Positions 1 to 10,886 of a DNA stretch of 64,000 nucleotides are shown here, in pieces (positions within the stretch are counted from its first letter, which is position 1; every line of letters begins with the position of its first letter). The notes beneath the pieces were generated by a model that was given only the letters and a program-made list of their open reading frames with translations, had not been told where the DNA came from and searched no databases. The stretch comes from Ginglymostoma cirratum (lineage: Eukaryota): positions 434,001 through 498,000 of the forward strand of contig JAHRHZ010000051.1 of the NCBI GenBank assembly GCA_024137785.1, in the 5' to 3' direction. The translations under genes and the position numbers were made by a program.

Positions 1-784
1 TAGTGTTTGCCTCTTGGCCTCCTGGATGGAGTTTCAACTTATAATTGTACATGCTGAAAATAAGAGCCCACCACTGAATTTGACCAAAGCTATTGGCAGC
101 TTGTCTTCTTTAAGTCTTCCTAGCAAGGCTTTGTGGTCCGTTACTATTGCAAATTTACATCCGTTGATGTATTGGTGGAACTTTCTCACACCATAGATGA
201 ACGGCAAAACTTCTTTCTCTATCTGGCTGTATTTGCGGCTGGGAAGCATACGCTATCAGGCGTTCCTCTCTGTTGGGTCACTGGTGAGCCAGCATTACCC
301 CATACTATATGGGGAGGCATCATGTATCAGCACTAACTCTCGCCTAGGCTCATAGCAGGCCTATACCCTAAATGACAGTAGCTGCGCTTTCACTTCTTTA
401 AAGGTTACTTCTTGGCTGAGCAACCGTTTTTAAGGCGGACCCTTTTTCAATAGCAGGTGTAAGGCTGCAAAGACAGAGGCCAGGTTATGTATAAATTTCC
501 TATAATAAGGAAAGACCTAAGCTCCAGTACATATGTGGGAGCCGGGGCTACTTTCATCACTCTCGCTTTATTTTCCAACAGGTGTAACCCGGTTTTGTTG
601 ACTCTGTAGCCTAAGTAGGTCACTTGGGGTGCCTAGATCACACATTTTTCCCTTCTAGGGTGTACGCACGCCTGGGAGAAACATGTAAACACTATGTCCA
701 AGTTCTCTAAGTGCTCTTAGATAACAAGGTGTGGGGCTGGATGAACACAGCAGGCCAATCAGCATCATCGGAGCAGGAAAACTT

Positions 785-812
785 GACGTTTCGGGCCTAG
801 ACCCTTCATCAG
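785..812 (-). ncRNA. Minimal type I hammerhead ribozyme core in the Penelope pLTR
   Basis: Minus strand reads CTGATGA-A-GGGTCTAGGCCC-GAAA-C-GTC: conserved CUGANGA and GAAA boxes, stem II GGG..CCC, GUC cleavage triplet. Confidence 0.65.
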
Positions 813-911
813 AAATGGGGGAGGGGAAGAGGGTTCTGAAATAAATAGGGAGAGAGGGGGAGGCGGATAGAGGAGAGGATAGGTGGAGAGGAGGCAGACA
901 AGTCGAAGAGG

Positions 912-1011
912 NNNNNNNNNNNNNNNNNNNNNNNNNNNNNNNNNNNNNNNNNNNNNNNNNNNNNNNNNNNNNNNNNNNNNNNNNNNNNNNNNNNNNNNNN
1001 NNNNNNNNNNN
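912..1011. other. Assembly gap (100 N)
   Basis: Run of exactly 100 n. Confidence 1.
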
Positions 1012-1691
1012 AGATAGGAGATGGGGGTGGGGCTTGAGGTGGGAGGAGGGGATAGGTGAGAGGAAAAACAGGTTAGGGAGGTGGAGATGAGCTGGGCTGA
1101 TTTTGGGATGCGGTTGGGGGAGGGGAGATTTTGAAGCTTGTGAAATCCACATTGATACCATTGGGCTGCAGGGTTCCCAGGCTGAATATGATTTGCTGTT
1201 CCTGCAGCCTTCAGGTGGCATCACTGTGGCATTGCAGGAGGCCCAGGATGGACATGTCGTCTGAGGAATGGGAGGGGGAGCTGAAATGGTTCGCGACTGG
1301 GAGGTGCAGTTGTTTGTTGCGAACTGAGCACAGGTGTTATGGATTTCACAAGCTTCAAAATCTCTCCTCCCCCAACCGCATCCCAAAACCAGCCCAGCAC
1401 ATTTCCACCTCCCTAACCTGTTTTTCCTCTCACCTATCCCCTCCTCCCACCTCAAGCCCCACCCCCATCTCCTATCTACTATCATCATCCTGCCCCCTTG
1501 ACCTGTTCGTCCTCCCTGAACTGACCTATCGCCTCCCTACTCCCCCCCCACCTACAATTGCCTTTACTGGCTCCATCCCCGCCTCTTCGACTTGTCTGCC
1601 TCCTCTCCACCTATCCTCTCCTCTATCCATCCTCTATCCGCCTCCCCCTCTCTCTCTATTTATTTCAGAACCCTCTTCCCCTCCCCCATTT

Positions 1692-1719
1692 CTGATGAAG
1701 GGTCCAGGCCCGAAACGTC
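1692..1719 (+). ncRNA. Minimal hammerhead ribozyme core in the Penelope pLTR (inverted partner of 785-812)
   Basis: CTGATGAAGGGTCCAGGCCCGAAACGTC. Confidence 0.62.
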
Positions 1720-2429
1720 AAGTTTTCCTGCTCCTATGATGCTGATTGGCCTGCTGTGTTCATCCAGCCCCACGCCTTGTCATCTCGGATTCTCCTGCAT
1801 CTGCAGTACCTTTTATCTCTAAGTGCTCTTTATTGGTCTTCCTGGTTGTTAGTACATCATCCAGATAAATGGCTACCTTGGGTAGCCTTTGTAAAATGTC
1901 CATTGTCTGCTGGAAAAGTGCATGGGCTGATGATATCCCAAAGGGCAATCTTGTATATTGGTACAAACCCTAGGTATTAATTGTGGCCTCCTTCTTGGAC
2001 CACTCATCTAGAGACAATTGTAGATAGGTTTGGCTCATGTCCAGCTTTACGAAAGACAGCACACCCACCAGTTTTGCACACAAGTCTTCTATACGAAGGA
2101 CTGGGTATTTATCCATTCGCGAGAAATGGCTTCCAGTTTGCATAAAACCCCTGCAAAGGTAAACCAAGCCATCAGGCTTCATAATTGGTACCACTGGTGT
2201 TGTTCATTCCGCAAACTACACACGTTTGACAATTCCTTTGCTTTCCAGCCTCCTGATTTCTGCATCTACTTTTGCCTGTAAAGTAAATGGCACTGGGCAC
2301 CCTTGCAAATCGTGAAATCGCTTCCTGGTCAACATGTGAAGGGGCCTTGGCCCCTTTGATAGTCCCTTGCCTTCCTGAAAATCTTTGATTAGACTTTCAC
2401 TCAGGCAGCCATTTTCTAATCGAAAAATT

Positions 2430-2800
2430 TGTGACTTGGAATGCAAATTTGAAGAACAACACCTTAACTTCTGCCTGGGCACCCTACAGCCCAAAGGATT
2501 CAACATTAAATTCTCCAATTTCAAATAACCTTATACACCCATCCCAGGGCTCCCTTTTCAGCCCCACCTCCTCCGTTCCATTCCATCTTCTGACCCTCTC
2601 TTCCAGACATCAACTGGATATATCTCTCCCATCAACCAACTACCAGTGCCCACCTATCACCACCATTCCATTACCATTCCTCCACCCCTGTATCTGCAGC
2701 TCCCCCCACCCCGAAGAAGGCTAATATCCGAAACGCTAACTGATCCTTTCCTCCAGATGCTGAGTGGTTTGCTGTGTTCCTCCAGCCTCCTGTTTGTATA
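2430..2800 (+). mobile_element. Old Penelope-like 3' fragment
   Basis: ..CKFEEQHLNFCLGTLQPKGFNIKF-like GIY-YIG C-terminus, pyrimidine-rich 3' region and a degenerate hammerhead/pLTR. Confidence 0.7.
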
Positions 2801-2902
2801 CATTGCTATGTATTGACTAGGGTAGATAACAGAGGCAATCCTCCAGCCTCCTGTTTGTATACATTGCTATGTATTGAGTAGGGTAGATAACAGAGGCAAT
2901 CC
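2778..2902. repeat. Tandem duplication, 61-bp unit x2
   Basis: tccagcctcctgtttgtatacattgctatgtattga(c/g)tagggtagataacagaggcaatcc repeated with one mismatch. Confidence 0.95.
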
Positions 2903-3587
2903 AACACTGTTGCAGATAAGAAACAGAGGTCTGGCATCCCCATAGGCAATGGAGTGCTCAGTGCAGACCTAAATTTGTGTGGTGCTTCTCTCCACTTGGT
3001 ATGAGCAGGTTTCAGGCTTTGGAGCTGAAAAACAGCACAGCCCAATGTTTAGCCCCTGGCATTCTGTGAATGTCAAACAGCCATTTAATATTTCTATCAA
3101 TATATGAGGACCAGCTAGAAAATAATCTAAAATTAATTTTACTCCAGAAATTCTGAAGCAACAACTTACTACTCTCTGTTTCATTCCCAAAGCGACTGTG
3201 AGACCATGGCTAACTAAACAAATTTCAGGTCAACCACTTCAGAACTAAGGATTTAATGGTTGCTAAAGAGGGATCAACTAGGAAAGTAGAACAGTGTAGA
3301 GATTTGGGAGTTCAAGTATACTAACATTACGTAGGATTATAAAGGTTATCAAGCACAGAAACAGACCATTTGGTCCAATCTAAGTATATCAGCATTTATA
3401 CCTGACTTGAGCCTTTCTCACATCTTCATGTCCTTGTCAAGCCTCCCCTTAAATGGCCTAATATGATTTGCTTCAAATACTCTCAATGGTTGCAAGTTCC
3501 ACATTCTCACCATTGTTTGGGTTAAAAAAAAAGTTTCATTTGAATTCACCATAGGATTACTGACAACTATATCAACGATTGATGGTG

Positions 3588-3745
3588 AGATAGCAAGAAC
3601 TGCAGATGCTGGAGTCAGAGACAACGAAGTGTGGAGCTGGAGGAACATAGCTTTTTCTGAAGGGTCCCGACCCGAAACATCAGCTTTCCTGTTCCTCTGA
3701 TGCTGCCTGGCCTGCAGTGTTCCTCCAGCTCAACACTTTGTTGTC
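3588..3745. mobile_element. Short fold-back Penelope pLTR insertion with TSD, inside a decayed CR1 3' fragment
   Basis: Inverted pLTR halves; tcaac(g/a)attgatggtg at 3572-3587 and 3744-3759. Confidence 0.8.
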
Positions 3746-4099
3746 AACAATTGATGGTGTCTGGTTATGTTCTTTCACACAAGTTGAAACATTCTCTCTG
3801 GATCCAAACTACCAAAATCTTTCATAATCTTTCAAACAAAAAGAGACTGGTAATCCTTTCTGAAGGGATATACCCACATCCTTGTAAATGTTCTCTGTTC
3901 CCTCTGTAGTGCTTCAATACCATTTTTTAAGATTTGATGAATAAATCTCTATGCAGGATGCTAATATGATCTGACAAAATTCAATTCTGGTTTAGCATAA
4001 TATGCCCACTTTTCAAGTCTACCTCTTGAGAAATGAAACCACTTGTTCTTAAATGGACTTCCTAGCTGTGAGACAAACTTTAATGATTTGTATTTTTTT

Positions 4100-5290
4100 T
4101 GTTCATTTTTTCTGAGTGCGTTGCTGACACATTATTGCATCTACATGACTGTCCTTGAGAAGGTAATAGCCAGTCACTTTCTTGAAATGCTTCAGGCCAT
4201 GTGGTATAGGTGAACCAACAGTGCTAAGTGGGAGTTCTAGGACTTTGTCCTAGTGATAGCAAAAAACAGCAATACACTCCAGTTCAGGATGATGCGTAAC
4301 TTGAAAGGGAACTTGCAGGAGGTGGTGTTCCCATTTGCCTAGTTCTCTCGACCTCCGGGTGGTAGAGATCACAAGTTTGGAAGGTGTCGTCGAAAGAACC
4401 TTGCCAAGTTGCTACAGTGGTTTTGTGAATGGCACTTACTGCTGCCAGTGTGTGTCAAAGGATAAAGTACTAAGTTTTTAAGGCTATGGACAGGTTGTCA
4501 ATCAATTGGGCCGATTTGCTTGAATCGTGTTGAGCTTCTTTAGGTTGCTGGAGCTGCAGTCATCTAGACAACAGTATTCCACAACATTCGTGTCTTGGGC
4601 CTTGCAGGTCGAGGACAGGCTTTGGGATTCAAGACATGAGCTGCTTGTTGTAGAAGTTACAACCTCTGACCTGCACTTGTAGAGTCAGCTTTTACAATAA
4701 CTCGTCCAGTTAAGTTTTTGGTTAATGGTAATTCTCAAACATGATGTTAATATGAGATTCAACAACGGTAATGCAATTGAATGTCCGAGGGACATGGTCA
4801 GATTCTTCCTGGTTACTGTCTGGCACTTATCTGAAACATTACTTGTCACTGACAACAGTCTAAATATTGTCCATATCTTGTTGTATTTTCACAGACTCCT
4901 TCAGTATTTGAGGAACTATAAATGGTACTGAAATCTGTTAAATCAGCACCGAGCAACTGTATTTCTGCTCCATCATGGAGGAAAGTCATTGATGAAGCAA
5001 TTGAAGATGGTTGGGCCTAGGACAGTAGGGAAGCCGGAGGAATTCCCTCAGTGAGATTTGGAGGCCTTCAATAATTCCAACCATTTTCTCTTATGTTAGG
5101 TATGACTCTAACTAGTGCAGATTTTTCCTCACTTCACATTGTCTTTAATTTTTTGGGTTCCTCGATATGATACTTGTCAAAAGCTATGTCAAGGGAAGTC
5201 ACTCTGACCTTACTACAGAAGTTCAGCTCCTCTGTCCAGGTTGAAACCAAGGCCTGAAGCAAAGTCAGGAGTGGAATGGCCCTGGCGTAT
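4100..5290 (-). mobile_element. Decayed LINE 3' portion (L2/CR1 superclade)
   Basis: RT remnant TWTEELN..VRVTSLDIAFDK; the 3' part is the reverse complement of the LINE tail at 15250-15700. Confidence 0.6.
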
Positions 5291-7989
5291 TTCCAGCTTT
5301 GCCTCTTAATCGTGAGCTGATTCAATGTTATCATTACAATGCTTTCTTTATTTCATTTTCACTGAACATTTCACTTTAATGTTTATGAAACACTGGAAAT
5401 GGGAGAACAGATTGCTGTTTGATTTGGTGGGGAGGGTGGAAGTAAAGTCATGAGATGAAAACTCCAAGAATATGTCTCATCAGAACATGCAACATTGCTT
5501 AACATTTACCATTAACTGCCATTATGACTAAAGTAAAATACACATTTCAGGGAATATAGATAAAAATTGAGCTTCATGAAGAATAGCTTGAAACAATTAG
5601 AAACAGCACCTATATTTGTATATAAAAATAAATTCATAGTAGTATTTAAATTTTCTCATTAAGATGACGAGGGCACTAAAATAGGACCATGGAATGGAAT
5701 TTTAAAAAAAAACTTGGAACATCATAGGCTGGATTTTCTTGGATTTGGGGAGATTCTGTGAAGGAGGTGGGGAAACATGCCATACAGGTTGGACCAGGTG
5801 CAAGTCCTGGAATATTTGTTCATGGGATCTCGGAAGATGGTTCCCTCATTCAAAGGCAGTTACTGTCTGTTTGCAAGACTTGCATTAGGGAGTAGGGGAA
5901 CAGCTGGAAGTTGCCCCCAGCCCCAGGCCTCACTGTAGATCCTACACCCCACTTTTCGATCCCACTTCTTTTCATGCAACTGGGGATTGAGTGGCTATGC
6001 TCAACCTTGCCGACTGTTTACTAGAATTGCCAGACTCTGAATGCCTGTTGGGCCATGTCTTTAACCCTGGGGTCTTTATTTCTGGTGCAAGTCTTGCCAC
6101 TAGCCTATCAAATCCAATAGGTACATCACTTTACTGAAAAGAGGCTTCACAGTGCTCTTGCAGGGTTCTCGCTGGTGGCTGTGAACTCAAGATTTTGCTG
6201 AATGTCTGAAAGAGCATTACAGTCAATTATTGTCTTGCAGGAAATGTGACAGCCAGCTTCTGCACGAAAACTTCTTCAAACAACAATGTGAAAAAGACCA
6301 GATAATCTATTCCTGTGATATTATTGAGGAATAAATATTGGTTAGGACAGAGGTAACACCATAATCTTGTTTGAAACAACAATAGCCTCTTCCTGTGCTG
6401 TAGACCTCCATGACTCTCTGGCTCCTGGAGCTATGATGACCTACTGATGACAACCAGGTCAATTGTGCTTTGTACCAATATTAACTCAGCGATTAGAGTG
6501 CTTTCCCTGGGCCAAATGACAAAGTTTTTTACAAGAGTTCTTTGATGTTTTACCTCATCCAATGATGCATTGATCTCAAGCATAGCAACTGTCCTCTCTT
6601 CTCTGACATTTAGCTATAATGTTCTTTTATGAATGCAGAGGTACAAAGGACAGAATGGTCTCCTTCAAGCTGTACATTTCCATTGTAATGAAGAGCAAGT
6701 AACAGTAAACAAAAGTTAATAATGATTGATTATGGCAATGATAGCATGTTTGAACAGGCTCAATGGCTAAAGGCTTACACCTGTTTCCAAGTTTTTGTGT
6801 GGTTATAAACATGTGATTCCTTGAATTTAACACAAAGAAGCGTAAACTAAATGTAATATCTTATTCAGATATCAAAAATATGATGGGGCTTTGGTGTAAG
6901 GGAGAGTTACTAGGAATTGTACCCTGTCTTCTTCAAGTATCACTGTGATCCATATGAACTACACAACAGCCATGTGGTGCCCTGATTAAATATTTCATTG
7001 AAAGTTAGATACCTAAAAGGTTCATCCCTCACATAGGATGAACCTGGTTTAAGACTCGCATTAAAACAGGCAGCTCACCACGACCTTCTCAAGGGCAACT
7101 AGGCATGGGCAAGAAACGCTGGCCAGCTAGCGACGCCCCGTATCCCACAAATGAATAAAAAAATGCACAATTTTCTGACTTACAGGCAAAATTGCTGCCA
7201 GCTAAGCCAAGATAATATTCAAAATCTGATTTAGTCTCATCTGTTCCAAAGTAGAGCAAATATGCCTAGTAAATCAATGACCATAAAGACAATGTCCACC
7301 ATTGTATCTAACCTTAGTGTTACCAAAAGTCTACAATAGTGACCTATTGTTCGGACTAAAACTTCATTTTAATATATGGAAAATCATGACGTGGTTGACA
7401 ATTCTCACTTAGTTTACAACATATTTGGCAGGTTACAGAGAGATTAAACTTTTAAGGTACTGAAATAAATACTATATAATGTCTGCAAGCCTCAGAATGG
7501 AAGAAAACACTGTACTTCAATTCAAAGTCCATATTAAAGGATGGATATTAGTTTTTTTTATTCACTCAGGGGACACAGGCATCACTAGCTGGCCAACATT
7601 TACTGCCTGTCCTGAGTTGTCCCTCATATTATCCCTCATATTTGAAATTATTTTGACTTCACCTGTAAAATGTTTGTTCACTTTTTTTTCCTTGTTACAC
7701 AAAAATAGTCACTTGGTCTTTTTTTTTCTCCTTTGCTCTCCATAAGGTGTTGGCTCCTTGCTAGACTTTTTTTCCTAATTAACCTGTTGAGTGATGTTAT
7801 GGCACATGACTGGAGCAGATGGTACTTGGAACCGGGGTCTGCTGGATGAGAGGTGGGGACACTATCACTGCACCACAAGTGTCCCTTCGGCTCTCTGCTA
7901 TAATGCGGTCTCATAAAAGACAACTCAGAAAATGAAGGAGGGTCTAGGCCTGAAACGTCAGCCTTCCTGTTCCTTTGATGCTGCTTGGC

Positions 7990-8990
7990 CTGCTGTGTTC
8001 ATCCAGCTCTACACCTTGTTATCTATGTATAAATGGGAGATCTCCAACTTTGAAACTGTGCCCTCTACTTCTAGATTCTTCCACAGAGTAAACATCCTCT
8101 CAGCACCTACCCTGTCAAATGCCCTCAGACTTTTTAAATCTTTCAATAAGATCACGCCTTTTTTTTTTTAAAAGTCCAACGAATGCAGGCTCAACCTTTC
8201 ATCATAACACAAGCCCTTCAGGAATTAATTCTCAGGAATTAACCTTCTCAACCATCTCCAAACTGCTTCCAATGCAATTATATTTCTCTTAGATAAGGAG
8301 ACAAAAACTGCACTCAGGACTCTAGGTGAGGTTTTACCAATGTTCTGTTAAGAGCTTTATCAAGCCCTACTTGCACTCCATATTCCATTCCTCCTTACAA
8401 TCAAGTCCAAGATTCTGTTTGCCTTTCTAATTACTTGCTGACCCGCATGCTAACATTTTGTGATTCACATACAAGGACATACAGATACTTTTGTATACAA
8501 TATTCTGTAATCTTTCTCCATTTAAGTAATATCTTGCTTTTGTATTCTGCCCATTAAATTGGGTAAATTTACAGTATACTCAATCTGCCATAATTTTGGC
8601 ACTTATTTAACCTTTCTTTAAACTTTTGTGAACTGTTTGTAAACATCTCACAACTTGTTTTCCTATCTTTGCATCATCTGCAAATTTGGCTATGCTACAG
8701 TTAGTGCCTCCATCCGAGTCATTAATATAGATCTTAAATAGTTGAGGTCCAGCATTGAGTCCTGCGACTGTCCATTAGTTACAGTTTGTTAACATGAAAG
8801 TGACCCATTTTTCCTGACTATAAGAGATAAAACGTTGTGGAGCTGGATGAACACAGCAGGCCAAGCAGAGGAGCAGGAAAGCTGACGTTTCGGGTCGAGA
8901 CCCTTCTTCTCTGCTTCCATTAGTTAGGCAATATACGATATCTGAACATCATGGCTTTTTATTTTTCGACATGGCACCTTCTGGAATTTC
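7990..8990 (-). mobile_element. Decayed CR1-type LINE 3' fragment with nested pLTR pieces
   Basis: Reverse complement of the CR1 RT C-terminus (gcatcatctgcaaattt = KFADD); similar to 35500-36300. Confidence 0.7.
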
Positions 8991-9755
8991 AAACAGACTA
9001 CACCTACATTGACTTAATACTACAGGCAGGAAAACACTAGCTACTTTCACCACCCACCACTGCGCACACCCCCCACACCCCCCACACCCCGGCCTCCATT
9101 GTTGCCTTAACTGAGATTAGCGAATTCACTACAGATCAAGAACAAATCTGGAGTTTTCCTGCATTATCCAGCATAGCTACTTGAACAGATAAATTCAAAG
9201 CATATGGGAAAGTTGCACCCTTATTGTTCTTGTATGGCCCTAATCAGGTTAAATCAATTATTTTGTACGTTGTATCTTCTGAACAAAGTGATGTAACCTA
9301 CTCTATACGTTTTCTCTTGGCTACTTATCATAACTGAAAGATTCACATGTCTTAGTCTCCAATCCATGACTGAATGTGTTGTCAGTAACAAAATAATCCT
9401 AGGAACTTGAAACCAAAAATGCTGGAGATCACAGCAGATCAGGCAGCATCTATGGAGAAAAAGCAAGCAAATGTTTCGAGTCTAGATGACACTTCATCAG
9501 AACTTGTTTCTGTTATGTACTGCCTATTATTAGCATATTTGAATACTTCAGTCCAATCCATGAGGACATTTAAAAACAAGGAAAAATAATCCTGCATCAT
9601 CCTTCTCCATATATTCCTGTACTCCTACAATCCTACACACTTTTCAGAATGACAGTGGAAAATTAGCTGTGAAAGGTCAGTTATGTTATCTATGTCATGA
9701 ACTCTGCCACTAACATTTAACCTGTTTTGATTTTTGATATCACACAGACACAGAG

Positions 9756-9757
<2 letters not shown>

Positions 9758-9789
<32 letters not shown>
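9758..9789. repeat. (GT)16 microsatellite, (CA)n in the RIMS2 pre-mRNA
   Basis: Perfect dinucleotide run. Confidence 0.98.
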
Positions 9790-9790
<1 letters not shown>

Positions 9791-10469
9791 GGCGGGGGGA
9801 GTGGTTGGGAATGTTTCTTGTTCTCAAATTTCACTTCCACTCTCATCAGAAACATTTATTATCTTAATAGTACAGCCATAAATTCCTGTGGGTGTAAGTT
9901 CAACCTGCTCAACTTTTCCCCATAAAAAAATTATGAAGATAATGTCACATCAGATAGTAAAGCACTTTGGGTGGTGTACTTCCCAATTATGAGGCACAAA
10001 TTATTCCACACAGTCATCTTTCAGTCTTTTCGAATGATTCAAAAACTCTTAGCCTAGGTAACTTAAAAACATCATAGTGAGAGTTGAAAATGTGGCTTCT
10101 TGCTTTGTGCTGAGAATTCCGTTGCCGGAAAATAAATTGATCAAAGTGCATGTTTATGACTGAATTTGTTTCTACAAATGCACTGGCTTATATAAATGAA
10201 TTCTGAACTTCTAGAACTTTAGCAACTAGATATCAAACAACATGCTTATCAAATCCTTATTTTTGGAAGCAAAAAGAATATCAACTGCTGCATGTCACTA
10301 CAAACAGGGAAGGCAAGAACAGCTAACAGGGACTCAGAATATGAAAATGATTCAAGTATCTAATTATCACACAGAGAAGGGAACTACCTAGGTCCACACA
10401 AACGAAGAGATAGGTTTTAAAATTAACTATCAGTGTCAGTCTGTATCAGAAGGATTGGGTAAATTTTAC

Positions 10470-10826
10470 CTGACATCATTTTCAGAATATCTCCTTTGTA
10501 AATCCTCATTTTCCCTTTGTCTTGCCCCTGTCTCTTCCTCACATTCCTCTTGATCACATTCTGCTTCCTTACATTCCTCTCGTTCACATTTCGCTTCCTC
10601 ATATTCCTCTTGCTCACATTCCTCTCGATCACATTCTTCTTCCTTTGGTTTGTCTTCTTCCCCTACTTCCTTATTTACCCCCTTTTCCTCATTTTGGGTT
10701 ATTTCTTCCCTCTCCCCTTCTTTTTCCTTCCCTTCTTCCTTTTCCCTCTGCTCCTCCTCTACCTCTGCCTCTTCCTCCTCCCCTTCTTCCCCTCCCTCTT
10801 TCTTTTCTTCTAATGCTTTTGACCTC
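10470..10826 (-). CDS. RIMS2: Candidate RIMS2 cassette exon, 357 nt, phase 2-2, Glu-rich with EEC repeats
   Basis: Acceptor TGTGACAG|G and donor AG|GTAAAA; length 119 codons; open in the frame set by the upstream exon ending ATC AG; branch point TAACTAAC and polypyrimidine tract upstream. Confidence 0.7.
10534..10640 (-). repeat. 15-bp coding minisatellite, about 7 units (GAG GAA TGT GAN NNA)
   Basis: Encodes EECDR EECEQ EEYEE AKCER EECKE AECDQ EECEE with no frameshifting indel. Confidence 0.9.
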
Positions 10827-10852
10827 CTGTCACAGCATAAAAGTGATGAAGG

Positions 10853-10886
10853 CATGCAAAAAAGAAAAGAATAACGAAGTTAGTTA
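10853..10886 (-). promoter_or_regulatory. Branch point (TAACTAAC, also a QKI-type motif) and RBFOX motif TGCATG upstream of the acidic exon
   Basis: Minus strand TAACTAAC (10886-10879), TTCGTTATTCTTTTCTTTTT, TGCATG (10858-10853); the first AG after the branch point is the acceptor at 10828-10827. Confidence 0.6.

Larger units (their letters stand above)
719..1819. mobile_element. Penelope-like element 3' ends in inverted (fold-back) arrangement, with target-site duplication
   Basis: Left arm (minus) and right arm (plus) are reverse complements containing the GIY-YIG tail and pLTR; (tctc)taagtgctctt is duplicated at 704-718 and 1816-1830. Confidence 0.88.
1..2420 (-). mobile_element. Decayed Gypsy/Ty3 (Mag-like) LTR retrotransposon pol fragment (RT and RNase H), split by a Penelope-like insertion
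   Basis: Minus-strand fragments VPIMKPDG..LC.., YQYTRLPFGISSA, AIYLDDVL, EHLENLDIVF..EKC..VTYLGYRV and YSQIEKEVL..FHQYING..FAIVTDHKAL, with stops and frameshifts. Confidence 0.9.

Noticed and set aside
655-1739. Long ORFs 655-1488 (-) and 1131-1739 (+)
   Set aside because: Off-frame or antisense readings of the Penelope inverted repeat; one runs through the N gap
9625-9721. Possible extra phase-2 exon (RLNVSGRVHDIDN..)
   Set aside because: A-rich, poor acceptor, no convincing donor before the stop, no recognisable homology
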